From: Klebsiella pneumoniae
Lineage (GTDB): Bacteria; Pseudomonadota; Gammaproteobacteria; Eutrophobiales; Eutrophobiaceae
Assembly (NCBI GenBank): GCA_945870865.1
Contig: CAMBTO010000001.1
Location: forward strand, 15,487 to 79,486
Length of the DNA: 64,000 nt
Reading direction: 5' to 3'
Within the stretch, counting starts at the first letter, position 1; each line of letters opens with the position of its first letter. Shown piece by piece: positions 19,507-29,070 of this stretch. Made by a program: the position numbers and the translations under genes. The notes under the pieces are model-generated. The model saw nothing but the letters and a program-made list of their open reading frames with translations, did no database searches and was not told the DNA's origin.

Positions 19507-22053
19507 TTATTCAAAGCGCCATTTCAGACTGAGCGAGCCTGTCGCACCGGTCTTGTAGGTGCGGGTTATGAATTCACCCTGGGTGCGCTCGTAGGCATCG
19601 TTAAGCAGATTTTCAAGTTCAAGACTGACGGTCAGCGGTTCCATACCCGGCCAGTTAAGTGGTGACCACGACCATTTCATGCCGATATCCATACGCGGCT
19701 CAAGAAACTCATCCGGTATACCCTCAATACCCGCAGTGATCAGACGTTCGCCCACTCGGCCAAATTTGACCCGTACAATATGCTCATCACCTGTATAACC
19801 CAGTTGCATGTTCAGCAAGGTATCCGGCTGCCCTGTCATTCGACGTACTGGATTGGTTGAGGCATCAATTGTGGTGATTTCAACCTCGGAATCCTGGATG
19901 GCGAAATTTCCACCGAGATCGAATAATTCCAGCGATTGACTGAGACGACCCAGACTGATATAGGTATTCAATTCCAGGCCCTTTACCTCACCACTATCTG
20001 CATTTATAAAGGAGATGATCTCACCCGCACCGGCAATCGGTGTAAACCGGCGCTCGATTGGATCCGTGAAGTCCTTGTAAAACGCACCTATCGTCAGTGC
20101 TTCACTCGCGGTGGGATACCATTCCCAACGCAGGTCAGCACTGTCAATCACGGTTGGTTGCAGATGCGGGTTACCGAGAAACTGTTCGTCAGCCTCAGTA
20201 TCAATAAAAACCGTGTTCGACACTTCAACCGTTGCCGGGTAGGCCAATGAACGGGTAAGTCCTGCCCGGATCTGGGAATCTTCGGACAGGAACCAGCTAC
20301 CGACGAGAGATGGCAATACCTCGTTCTGATCAAAACCCGAGTCTACAGGTACTGCTGCGGCCGCACCGCCGGACTCGAATGTACGCACCTGGAAACTGGC
20401 GTCCTCATAACGCAGGCCAGCCACCACACGGAACATCTCCGGCATTTCAAAATCAAGTTGACCATAGGCACCGATGATTTCCACCTCACTCAGATAGTCA
20501 TTGGCCACACCACCAAATTCGGTGAAATTGACATTCCGCGCAATCTCCGCATCAGTAAACACGGCCTCTATCGGGCGGAACAGACTGCCGGTAGTGGCAA
20601 ACCCGAACTGCCTGATTTCCGACACGCGATCACGGAATTCGTAGTCAGCACCGGCCTTGAAATTGGTTACCAGGTTCTCAGTGAGCGTAAACGGCAGGGT
20701 CACATCGGCACCCGTGCTGAATGTCTCTTCATCTACATTACTGAAATTACGTACCAGATTCACACCACCCGGATCCATAAAGTAGGTACCGCTACCGTCT
20801 ATCCGTGTGTTTTCCAGCTGGTATTCGCGACGATCAGGCAACTCACGGGTGGCGTCGGAAACCAGCAGGCGCCAGTCAATCTTGATTGTTTCAAAATCAT
20901 GAAAGCCTGTGAACTGCTGCATAAGCAATTCACGTTGTTCAAACTCCAGCGTGAATCGGCGTAACCATTCAGTATTACTCGGTTGAAACAGGCCTTCATC
21001 AACCACGGTCTTTTCCGTCGTATCCCTGACCCAGAAGGTGTTGCTCTTGACGCGGTGCATATCCCAATCACCGGTCAGCGCAAATAAACCACCCAGTGTG
21101 GTATTCAGGCGTGTGCGGCTGGTATGGTAATCATCCTGTATTTCAAGGGCCTCCTGACTGCCCAGACGCAGCAGCAGGTTATCTTCCTCTTCCATCCGCA
21201 GGTTCTGACCATAGTCAAAATTTATGCTGGCGCCGTATGTGCCATTTGCCCACGTATTCTCGTCATAACGTTTGGCCGCCGACAGTGAAAAACTCTTGTC
21301 CGGATCATTACGCTTTGTCGGGATCGGCGTCAGCGTTTCGGAAAAACCTTGCGCCAGTGAAATCTGCTGTGACTGCGGCAGGCTGGCGATGATGGTACCT
21401 GCATCCTGGACCTCAGCAACCTCTGCAGGTAGCTTGAGTATGCTATTCACACCACCCCACCTGTCGCTGCCAGAGGCAAACCCGAGATCCTCACCATCAC
21501 GATTTGCGTTCAGACCGGTACCCACCTTCAGGTCGACATACTCTCCGGTCGGCAGGCCACTGGTGCTTAACTGGACCTGACCAGAACCAAACGAACCGGC
21601 ACGGTCTGCCGTATAGGCCTTTTGTACTGCAATACTGGAGAGCACACCGGAGGGAAACAGATCCAGCGGCGTGATCTGCTGGATGGGGTCAAGACTTGGT
21701 AGTTGTGAACCGTTAAACAACGTAGATGTATAACGCTTTGGCTGTCCACGTATTACGACAAACTTACCATCCTCAACCGTAAGACCTGTTACCCGCTCCA
21801 GCGTCTCGGCCGCATTGCTGTCTCCCAGTCGCAGGAATTCTTCCGCACCGCTGACCTCGGTTACTGTGGTGGCTTCACGTTGCACACTCAGCACAGAGGC
21901 GGTGCTACCTTCAAGTGCCGCACGTCCACGTACAACGAGTTCCTCTATCTTCTGGGCAAATACAGGTGCGGCGATCATATTCGCAGCAATTACCACTGCG
22001 ATCAGTTTCATGATTGTCTGCGGGATACCGGTCAAATCCTGGCGATTTTTCAT
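19507..22053 (-). CDS. TonB-dependent outer-membrane receptor
   Basis: The product has a signal peptide, an N-terminal plug (EELVVRGRA, TonB-box-like) and an 800+ aa barrel. A Pho-box array lies upstream. Confidence 0.85.
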   Translation of the reverse strand: MKNRQDLTGIPQTIMKLIAVVIAANMIAAPVFAQKIEELVVRGRAALEGSTASVLSVQREATTVTEVSGAEEFLRLGDSNAAETLERVTGLTVEDGKFVVIRGQPKRYTSTLFNGSQLPSLDPIQQITPLDLFPSGVLSSIAVQKAYTADRAGSFGSGQVQLSTSGLPTGEYVDLKVGTGLNANRDGEDLGFASGSDRWGGVNSILKLPAEVAEVQDAGTIIASLPQSQQISLAQGFSETLTPIPTKRNDPDKSFSLSAAKRYDENTWANGTYGASINFDYGQNLRMEEEDNLLLRLGSQEALEIQDDYHTSRTRLNTTLGGLFALTGDWDMHRVKSNTFWVRDTTEKTVVDEGLFQPSNTEWLRRFTLEFEQRELLMQQFTGFHDFETIKIDWRLLVSDATRELPDRREYQLENTRIDGSGTYFMDPGGVNLVRNFSNVDEETFSTGADVTLPFTLTENLVTNFKAGADYEFRDRVSEIRQFGFATTGSLFRPIEAVFTDAEIARNVNFTEFGGVANDYLSEVEIIGAYGQLDFEMPEMFRVVAGLRYEDASFQVRTFESGGAAAAVPVDSGFDQNEVLPSLVGSWFLSEDSQIRAGLTRSLAYPATVEVSNTVFIDTEADEQFLGNPHLQPTVIDSADLRWEWYPTASEALTIGAFYKDFTDPIERRFTPIAGAGEIISFINADSGEVKGLELNTYISLGRLSQSLELFDLGGNFAIQDSEVEITTIDASTNPVRRMTGQPDTLLNMQLGYTGDEHIVRVKFGRVGERLITAGIEGIPDEFLEPRMDIGMKWSWSPLNWPGMEPLTVSLELENLLNDAYERTQGEFITRTYKTGATGSLSLKWRFE

Positions 22054-22191
22054 TATCTATTTCTCATCCTTAGGTTCATCAGAGCGCACCACCACGAGGC
22101 GGTGCAAACCATCAATTGCTAACAGGTGGATATCGGCGCTATCTACAGCAACACGGGACTTCCACTTTTGGCAGTGAAATCCTATTGGTGA

Positions 22192-22249
22192 GCTGTGACA
22201 GAATGATTAACCTAAGATGACAAAAAGATGACGATTGCGGATGACAGGT
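22192..22249 (-). promoter_or_regulatory. array of 4-5 Pho-box half-sites (xTGTCAx) at about 11-bp phasing upstream of the TonB-dependent receptor
   Basis: The minus-strand reading is CTGTCATCCGCAATCGTCATCTTTTTGTCATCTTAGGTTAATCATTCTGTCACAG. Half-sites CTGTCAT, TCGTCAT, TTGTCAT, TTAATCAT and CTGTCAC are spaced 10-14 bp apart. Confidence 0.6.
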
Positions 22250-22311
22250 TTGAAATACAACAGATGCGGCCTGTCTCGCGGGGAAACAGGCCGGTGTAAC
22301 TCATTGCAGCT

Positions 22312-23094
22312 TTACAAACGTGTCTGCCAATTTATGCGTGCGCGGCCGTTTTCAATCGGTCCGAGCAATGGCAATATGCCGTACACGGAGGACGGAGCGG
22401 AGTCTGATACGGCGGCATCACCGGTAAACCCGGCCGTTCGTTCAGACAATTTCAGTATAAGTTGTCCTTGCAGGTGCAAACGGGCATCTGCTGATGATGT
22501 CGCGACATTGCCCTGTACCGTACCATCCATGATGCGCAAGTCGGCGGTATAATTACCAAGTGGTCCGCTGGCATCCAGTTGTTTCAATTGCATGTCGACA
22601 ATACTGATTCCCAACTCCCCGCTGAACAACAGGCCCTGGTAATCACCGGTGATATCGCTCCCTTTAAAACTGACATGTCCGTTTACTCCCAGACCGCCCA
22701 CGAACGGTGATAGATCCGCCAGGTGGTAGAGAAACAGATCCCCTGTTACAGAGCGCAACTGCCACCCCCCGAGTCCCGGTTTGATCCAGGCAATTGTATT
22801 CCCACCTGCGAGCGTTACTTCTGTCTTCAGGCCCTTGCCTCCCGGCAATAATTGCAAGGGTGAAATCACGATGTCGACACCGTCAATCTGGAGCATACGC
22901 CCCTCAGCGAGACGAATAGTTACCTGATGGAAGATGGGATGAAAGACCGTACCGCTTACTCGTTGCCAATTGACTGCACCCGGTATCATTCCCCTGAACA
23001 GGGAGAACGACCTGTCGGCCGGAAGGTTTACAAACAGCGTGAGCACAAACGCAAACAGGCCGGCAATCAACAGGCCCAACCTGGAGGTTGTCAT
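22312..23094 (-). CDS. gspN: type II secretion system protein N
   Basis: It is the last gene of the gsp operon. The product is 260 aa with a single N-terminal TM helix (LGLLIAGLFAFVLTLFV). It overlaps gspM by 4 bp. Confidence 0.65.
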   Translation of the reverse strand: MTTSRLGLLIAGLFAFVLTLFVNLPADRSFSLFRGMIPGAVNWQRVSGTVFHPIFHQVTIRLAEGRMLQIDGVDIVISPLQLLPGGKGLKTEVTLAGGNTIAWIKPGLGGWQLRSVTGDLFLYHLADLSPFVGGLGVNGHVSFKGSDITGDYQGLLFSGELGISIVDMQLKQLDASGPLGNYTADLRIMDGTVQGNVATSSADARLHLQGQLILKLSERTAGFTGDAAVSDSAPSSVYGILPLLGPIENGRARINWQTRL

Positions 23095-23600
23095 GGATTT
23101 CCGGCAGGGGCAATCGTCAGCGCGGCCTCAACCATGCCGTCCTTATCTGCTATACGACTGATACTGGCCAACACAGGACGGGCGGTGCTACGAGTACGCA
23201 GTTGTAACAGAAATTCCATCAGGCTGGAAAAGGCCACTGCGTCGAAGCGGACTGTGACCGACTGACCGGACGCCGGTTTCAGCTCGGTAACTTGGGTATG
23301 AATACCGGCCGCGTGCAATAATTCCTCAACCAGTGTTATCGTCAGTGCGGACTTGTCTTCGCCCTCTGCGATACTGCCACCGCGCAGTTGTTCTACCTGC
23401 TGGAGACTGTCCTGCATCCAGACGCGGTCCTCACGCAGTCGAGGGATATCCGCCTCAAGTTGGACACGCCTCTGCAGCATTGGCTCGACCAGCAAATACA
23501 AAATCACCATTACCAGCATCACTGCTGCGGACGCCAACACTAGTTTCTCGCGCTGTGCGCGCTGTTGCCACCACTGTATATACATTAGTTTGTTTGTCAT
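23091..23600 (-). CDS. gspM: type II secretion system protein M
   Basis: The 169-aa product has an N-terminal TM helix, and the gene sits between gspL and gspN. Confidence 0.7.
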   Translation of the reverse strand: MTNKLMYIQWWQQRAQREKLVLASAAVMLVMVILYLLVEPMLQRRVQLEADIPRLREDRVWMQDSLQQVEQLRGGSIAEGEDKSALTITLVEELLHAAGIHTQVTELKPASGQSVTVRFDAVAFSSLMEFLLQLRTRSTARPVLASISRIADKDGMVEAALTIAPAGNP

Positions 23601-24853
23601 GCCTGACCTCGCAGACGGATCCGTCCAAACACACGGCCGTTTTTCAGCTCTGCATTTTCGATATCAACACCCCCCCTGGTAGCAAACTGGCCCTGGAGTC
23701 GATCGAGCGCTTCGTAATCCGGCACACTGACCTCGACAGTGATACTGCTGCCATCAAAACTGACCTTGTATAACTGGCTGTCAGGACTGGCAGCGAGCTG
23801 ATCAGCAATATTTTGCAGACGCGCCAGAAAATCCTGGCCATTACCCGCATTGCTGTTATCCCGGGCAAGTTCCTGTAATTGTTGCTCCATCTGGAAACGT
23901 GGATCTACCAGATTATTTGTTCCAGGGAAGGCCTGCATATAGGTTGCATTTATCGATTGCTGTAACTCATCATATTCCGACTGTAATCTGGCTCCGGCAA
24001 CAAACCACTGCACGATACTGACGAGTATCAGTACACCCAGCATCGCTGTTAGCGGCAGAAACCGGCGCAGGTCTTTCCACTGGCGATCATCAACAGTATA
24101 CGGTCCGGTCAGCAGACTGAGTTGCTGATCAGGCAATGGCTGACGTGCAAGCCACTGTCCACGCGCAGCTTCTTCCAGAACGACCTCAAGCCGGATATTC
24201 CGGGATGCCAGCTGTTCGGACCAGCCGGTGATAGTCTTGTATTGTTCAGGGCTGCACACACGCACGACCAGTTTTTCCGGTTGTTGCGTTTCCTGTTCGA
24301 GCGCCAGCAACAACATGCCGGGGATCTGCGACCCGATCTCACCCAGCAACACGGCACCATCACATCCGGGTCTGCGCAGCAGCAAGGGCGTAGCACTCGC
24401 CTCGATAAACCAGACGGACGGCGCAGGTGCCGCTATCGCCAGATAATCCGGCAGCAGTAACAGGACATTCCAGCCGGACGCGCTGCATTGTTGTAGCAAG
24501 CCTTTGATGTACTGATGTTCGGTAACGATAACCGGTATACCGGTCACGCCACGATCAGACCACAGGGGCACCAGATGGTAATCAGCCGCATCATGTAACA
24601 GCTGGTCCTCAAGCGCGTAGTGCAAGGCACCGAGCAGGCGTTTGCGATTTTTCGTGGGTATGTTGACCCGATGGATACGGGCACGCTCACCCGGCACACA
24701 CAGCACCAGCCTAGCAGCGACCGGTGCCGGCAGATTATCTAGCCGGTGTGACTGTCCATACTGACGCGGTACGGGTTCACTGCTATAACACTGCGCCCAG
24801 TCTATCCCTTGCGCATGCAGGCGGACCCACCAGTATTCGCCACGTATATTCAT
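23597..24853 (-). CDS. gspL: type II secretion system protein L
   Basis: The 418-aa product has a cytoplasmic actin-like domain, a TM helix and a periplasmic domain. The gene lies downstream of gspK. Confidence 0.75.
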   Translation of the reverse strand: MNIRGEYWWVRLHAQGIDWAQCYSSEPVPRQYGQSHRLDNLPAPVAARLVLCVPGERARIHRVNIPTKNRKRLLGALHYALEDQLLHDAADYHLVPLWSDRGVTGIPVIVTEHQYIKGLLQQCSASGWNVLLLLPDYLAIAAPAPSVWFIEASATPLLLRRPGCDGAVLLGEIGSQIPGMLLLALEQETQQPEKLVVRVCSPEQYKTITGWSEQLASRNIRLEVVLEEAARGQWLARQPLPDQQLSLLTGPYTVDDRQWKDLRRFLPLTAMLGVLILVSIVQWFVAGARLQSEYDELQQSINATYMQAFPGTNNLVDPRFQMEQQLQELARDNSNAGNGQDFLARLQNIADQLAASPDSQLYKVSFDGSSITVEVSVPDYEALDRLQGQFATRGGVDIENAELKNGRVFGRIRLRGQA

Positions 24854-24879
24854 AAATAATTATTACCTGTGCACGTCAT

Positions 24880-25848
24880 TTATAACAGTTCCCGGTTTTG
24901 TCTCAATAATTCTGCCTTACCTTCATTACGGCGGTAGAGCGAACTTACACGGTACTCAACATTATCAAAATTCAGCTGTGTATGTGCCAGAAAGTAGCGG
25001 GTCACTGTCTGCAGCCCCGGTGGAACCGGTTTTTCACGGTCTCCGAGCAGCCGCTCGGCAAGTGCGGCCTGATCCGCTACCGGTTGCTTGCTAATCACAT
25101 CCGTCCATTGTTTTGCCATTGTCATAGCCTGACCAGACAGGTCCCATTCAATCACCGTCGCCGCCAGAACCTCGGTGCTGGCCGTGTTGATATTCAGCAT
25201 CGTCAGCTCCGGCAGCGCACAGACAAACGGTGCCAGCTTTTGCCAGACATCACTGTCGACGCCGCGGACCAGTCGAAGTTCGGCCACATCCTCAAACGGA
25301 CGGTTTGCCGAAAAATAAGGCGTCTCCAGACCGATATAAAACACATCTTCAGCACCCCAGGGTCCGGAAGGACTACCATCGATATCTATCCAGTCTGTCA
25401 CGGACTGGGCAATACCGGCATCAAGTTCGAGTATCTGCAACAGTCGCTCGAACTGCTGCAACGCCTGTCCATTTACCTTGCCTTCTGCATCAATCAGATT
25501 GTTCAGATTGAACCGCGACTGCATGTCCTCAATGCGTCCAGACAGGATGCCCCACCCTGCCGGGATGGGGGGCAAGATCTGCGCCCAGATGTCATCTGCA
25601 CCATCATAGGCATTGGTGTCCTGTTCAAGTATGTTGGCCACCCATAATTGCGCCGCCACTGTCGCCTGCCTGGCACGCGCAAGTGCATTGCCATTTTCCA
25701 CCTGGCGGACCCAGAGCTGACCTGAGAGTCCGATGCGACTGACGATGGCAGTCAGCAAGGCCACAATCAGTAGGATTGTGATCAGCGCTACACCGGACTG
25801 CTTGTGCAGGGGATTAGTATGTAAGGCCGACATGAAATACACGCTCAT
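24880..25848 (-). CDS. gspK: type II secretion minor pseudopilin K
   Basis: The 322-aa product has an N-terminal hydrophobic segment (GVALITILLIVALLTAIV). Confidence 0.75.
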   Translation of the reverse strand: MSVYFMSALHTNPLHKQSGVALITILLIVALLTAIVSRIGLSGQLWVRQVENGNALARARQATVAAQLWVANILEQDTNAYDGADDIWAQILPPIPAGWGILSGRIEDMQSRFNLNNLIDAEGKVNGQALQQFERLLQILELDAGIAQSVTDWIDIDGSPSGPWGAEDVFYIGLETPYFSANRPFEDVAELRLVRGVDSDVWQKLAPFVCALPELTMLNINTASTEVLAATVIEWDLSGQAMTMAKQWTDVISKQPVADQAALAERLLGDREKPVPPGLQTVTRYFLAHTQLNFDNVEYRVSSLYRRNEGKAELLRQNRELL

Positions 25849-26440
25849 AAATTTGTCCGTTATCCAGCTCCAGCGTCAATTCTACCGCCCGCGGCATGGC
25901 GGATTGTGTGGCGGTAACCGGCCCCACAGGCCAGTTCGAATTCCACTGGTGTGTATTATCCAGGTAGCGCAGTTGCAAGCTGGCGATATTCGCTGTCAAC
26001 TCTGCCTCGTCACCTCGCTCATCTTCCGGCATATTCAGGCGCGGCCAACTGACACGGTAGAGTTTGCCCTCACGTAATCGATACGCCACGCGCAGATGTG
26101 GACTGACCAGACCGCTGCTGTACGAGGCATGACCACCGCGGGTAAACAGCATCAACTCGCCCTCTGTGCCCGTATTCGCTGTGCCCGCACCCGCAAACGG
26201 ACGGGTCGAGGTCAGAGGGATCCTCTGACCCAGGTTTCGGGCCTGGTCGAGATCCTGCTGAATTAACACCATCACACTGTCGAGCCGCCGCCAGAAATGG
26301 CGTTGTTGTTGCAGGCCATCCTCGATTGAGATCGCCTGCTGCAAACCGGTGTAACCCGCACCGGCTATCAGGATAAAAATGGTCAGCGCGACCAGGATCT
26401 CCAGCAGTGTCATGCCAGACTGGCGGGAACGTTGTTTCAT
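25814..26440 (-). CDS. gspJ: type II secretion minor pseudopilin J
   Basis: The product has the prepilin-type N-terminus GMTLLEILVALTIFILIA. Confidence 0.8.
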   Translation of the reverse strand: MKQRSRQSGMTLLEILVALTIFILIAGAGYTGLQQAISIEDGLQQQRHFWRRLDSVMVLIQQDLDQARNLGQRIPLTSTRPFAGAGTANTGTEGELMLFTRGGHASYSSGLVSPHLRVAYRLREGKLYRVSWPRLNMPEDERGDEAELTANIASLQLRYLDNTHQWNSNWPVGPVTATQSAMPRAVELTLELDNGQIYERVFHVGLTY

Positions 26441-26862
26441 CCACCAGCTCGCATACCGGTTGATTGTCCGCCGACAGACAGCGTGGTCGCCTCCGATCGA
26501 TGCAGGAATCCCTGCAGACTGATCAACGCGGATTCTGCCTCCAGCCCGACACTGACGGTGATGCTGCGCAGGTTGTCCTGACCAGTTGTGGCAATCTGTT
26601 CCTGCCAGTACCAGGTGCGGCCACCCATCTGCTCGGTGCCGTTATAGGCGCGAGGGTCCGGCCACTCATCCATCACCTGACGTTCAACTATGCGGTTCTC
26701 GGCCACCCAGCGTGCGACCACCCGATCAGACATACCCTGACTGACCGCCACACCTTGTGCGAGTCCTTTCCATAAGGCGGTCATTGCAATAACCATGACG
26801 GCGAGTGCGACCAGGATCTCTATCAGGGTAAACCCTTCATGTGTCCTCTGCGCGATCATCAT
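26437..26862 (-). CDS. gspI: type II secretion minor pseudopilin I
   Basis: The product has the prepilin-type N-terminus GFTLIEILVALAVMVIA. Confidence 0.8.
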   Translation of the reverse strand: MMIAQRTHEGFTLIEILVALAVMVIAMTALWKGLAQGVAVSQGMSDRVVARWVAENRIVERQVMDEWPDPRAYNGTEQMGGRTWYWQEQIATTGQDNLRSITVSVGLEAESALISLQGFLHRSEATTLSVGGQSTGMRAGG

Positions 26863-27383
26863 TACAGTTCTACCAGTCCGGCTTCGCCTACCGGTCCCAT
26901 GGCGATCACATATTCATTATCAGCGCCGCGCACTACCAGTCTGAACGTATCTTGTTCACCGGTGGGGAAAAGGTACACCTCAGCCACGGCCGGCACCAGT
27001 TCGCCGTTAATCTCCAGACTGCCGAGCCGTGCCTGATCGAGTTCGTGTTCTCCGGCAAATGGTGTCGTAGAGACTTCGATAAATTCATTGCCGGCCAGTT
27101 GCAGAAACCGATAGTTCTGTTCTAGCGGATCAAACCGGACCTGCCAGATGCGGGAAGACATAACCGATTCTTCACGGGCCTGGTTGATTAACTGTGCCAG
27201 CCTGTGTGCAGATGAAGCGGCATCACGATCGGCGTTACTGCCCAGCATTGGCACAACCAGACCAGACAACACGGCAATGATGGTAATGACCGCCAGTAAT
27301 TCAAGCAGGGTAAAACCGTATTGAAGGCGTAACACCGGCAACAGCATCGGCCTTGATCTGTTGTCAGCGGAACCGGGTCTCAC
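26862..27383 (-). CDS. gspH: type II secretion minor pseudopilin H
   Basis: The product has the prepilin-type N-terminus GFTLLELLAVITIIAVL. Confidence 0.8.
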   Translation of the reverse strand: MRPGSADNRSRPMLLPVLRLQYGFTLLELLAVITIIAVLSGLVVPMLGSNADRDAASSAHRLAQLINQAREESVMSSRIWQVRFDPLEQNYRFLQLAGNEFIEVSTTPFAGEHELDQARLGSLEINGELVPAVAEVYLFPTGEQDTFRLVVRGADNEYVIAMGPVGEAGLVEL

Positions 27384-27778
27384 AGATCCCAGGAACCGAT
27401 ATCATCCGTATCGCCACTGCGACCGTTCGGGCCAGGACTGAATACATCCACATCGCCGTGTTTGCCCGGTTGCAGATATAGAAACGGTTTGCCCCACGGG
27501 TCCTGAGGGACCTTCTCCATATAGCGGTTCCAGTTTTGCGTTACTGGCTCTGAGGTCGGCCGCTCTGACAGGGCCTGCAAGCCCTGATCGGTAGATGGAT
27601 AACTGTGGTTGTCCAGCTTGTACATGTCCAGTGCAGAGCGGATAGCACGGATATTGCTTTGTGCGGCACTGATGCGCGCCTGTTCCGGCCGGTCCATTAC
27701 CCTCGGCACCACCACGGCCGCGAGTATGCCGAGGATGACCACGACCACCATCAGTTCAATCAGGGTAAAACCGCGCAT
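27380..27778 (-). CDS. gspG: type II secretion major pseudopilin G
   Basis: The start is at MRGFTLIELMVVVVILGILAAVVVP, with a prepilin peptidase site G^F and the conserved E5. The product is about 132 aa. Confidence 0.9.
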   Translation of the reverse strand: MRGFTLIELMVVVVILGILAAVVVPRVMDRPEQARISAAQSNIRAIRSALDMYKLDNHSYPSTDQGLQALSERPTSEPVTQNWNRYMEKVPQDPWGKPFLYLQPGKHGDVDVFSPGPNGRSGDTDDIGSWDL

Positions 27779-27854
27779 TGTCCTGCCAGGTTGGCGGCAA
27801 GCGGTATTCAATCTATTCACGTCTCTGTCTCCTTTCATCTTGCAGTCGTCCTGC

Positions 27855-29069
27855 CTATAAACCTACCAGCTGGTTCAGCTCAAATATCGGTAACAATATT
27901 GCGAGCACGATGACCAGTACAATGCCGCCCATCAGCAGGATCAGCAACGGTTCTATCAGCGCCGTTGCCGCCGCGACCGTTGATGCCAGTTCACGTTCGT
28001 GATGGGTGGCGGCGCGATCAAGCATATTATCCAGTTCACCACTGTCCTCACCACTGGCGATCATATGTACAAACAGGGGTGAAAAATAACCAGACCGTTT
28101 TAACGATTCATGCAGGCGCCCGCCTTCACGCACCGCTACCGCCGCCTCAAACACGGCATCACGTACCGGCACATTGCCGATCACCTGTGCGCCAATACGC
28201 AGTGCTTCGAGCAAGGGCACACCACTGCCGGTCAGGATCGCCAGTACCCGGGACAGGCGGGCCGTATGTATCGTGCGCAACAGGTGATTGATAAACGGCA
28301 ACAGGGTCAAAAACCGGTCACGCTGGAAACGCACTGCCGGTCGCCGCAGCAACCAAGTCTGTACTGCGACCAGGGCCACTATGGAAATCGCCAGATATAC
28401 TCCGTAGTTGCGGACAAAGTCACTGCACACGATCAGTCCACGCGTCAATAAGGGTAATTGTTGGCCTGTCTGTTCGAATACCCGGATCACCTCGGGAACG
28501 ACATAGGCAAGCAAGGTCGTGACGATGGAAATCGCAACCAGTGTCAGCAACACCGGGTAGATGAGCGCGATACCGAGTTTCTGACGCAGGTATTGCTGCT
28601 CCTCGGTATAGTCAGCGAGCCGATCCAGGATCTCATCCAGCCGCCCGCTGGCCTCTCCGGCCTCGACCATCGCGCGGTATACCTGGGGAAACGTGGCCGG
28701 AAACCGGGACAAGGCCTCGCCCAACGAGAGTCCTTCCGTAATATGCGCTCGCACTCCGGTAATGACAGATTGTAACTGACGACGACCGACCTGTTCTCCC
28801 AGAGCGCGCAAGGCCTGTTCCAGCGGCATGCCCGCACGGACCAGCGTGGCCAACTGGCGTGTCATCAGTGCCAGATCCGCTGCAGAGACTGAACGTCCCG
28901 ACCAGACGATACCCTGAGAGACACCCTGCTCCGCAACTTCCTGTACCTCCAAAGGAAACAAGCCCTGGCCGCGTAACCAGGCACGGACCTGGCGCGGCGA
29001 CTCACCGGTTAATACTCCCTTGCGGGAACGTCCGTTCGCATCGAGGGCACGGTATTCAAAAGCGGCCAT
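27855..29069 (-). CDS. gspF: type II secretion inner-membrane platform protein F
   Basis: The 404-aa product has the duplicated GspF/PilC domain. Confidence 0.9.
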   Translation of the reverse strand: MAAFEYRALDANGRSRKGVLTGESPRQVRAWLRGQGLFPLEVQEVAEQGVSQGIVWSGRSVSAADLALMTRQLATLVRAGMPLEQALRALGEQVGRRQLQSVITGVRAHITEGLSLGEALSRFPATFPQVYRAMVEAGEASGRLDEILDRLADYTEEQQYLRQKLGIALIYPVLLTLVAISIVTTLLAYVVPEVIRVFEQTGQQLPLLTRGLIVCSDFVRNYGVYLAISIVALVAVQTWLLRRPAVRFQRDRFLTLLPFINHLLRTIHTARLSRVLAILTGSGVPLLEALRIGAQVIGNVPVRDAVFEAAVAVREGGRLHESLKRSGYFSPLFVHMIASGEDSGELDNMLDRAATHHERELASTVAAATALIEPLLILLMGGIVLVIVLAILLPIFELNQLVGL

Positions 29070-29070
29070 A

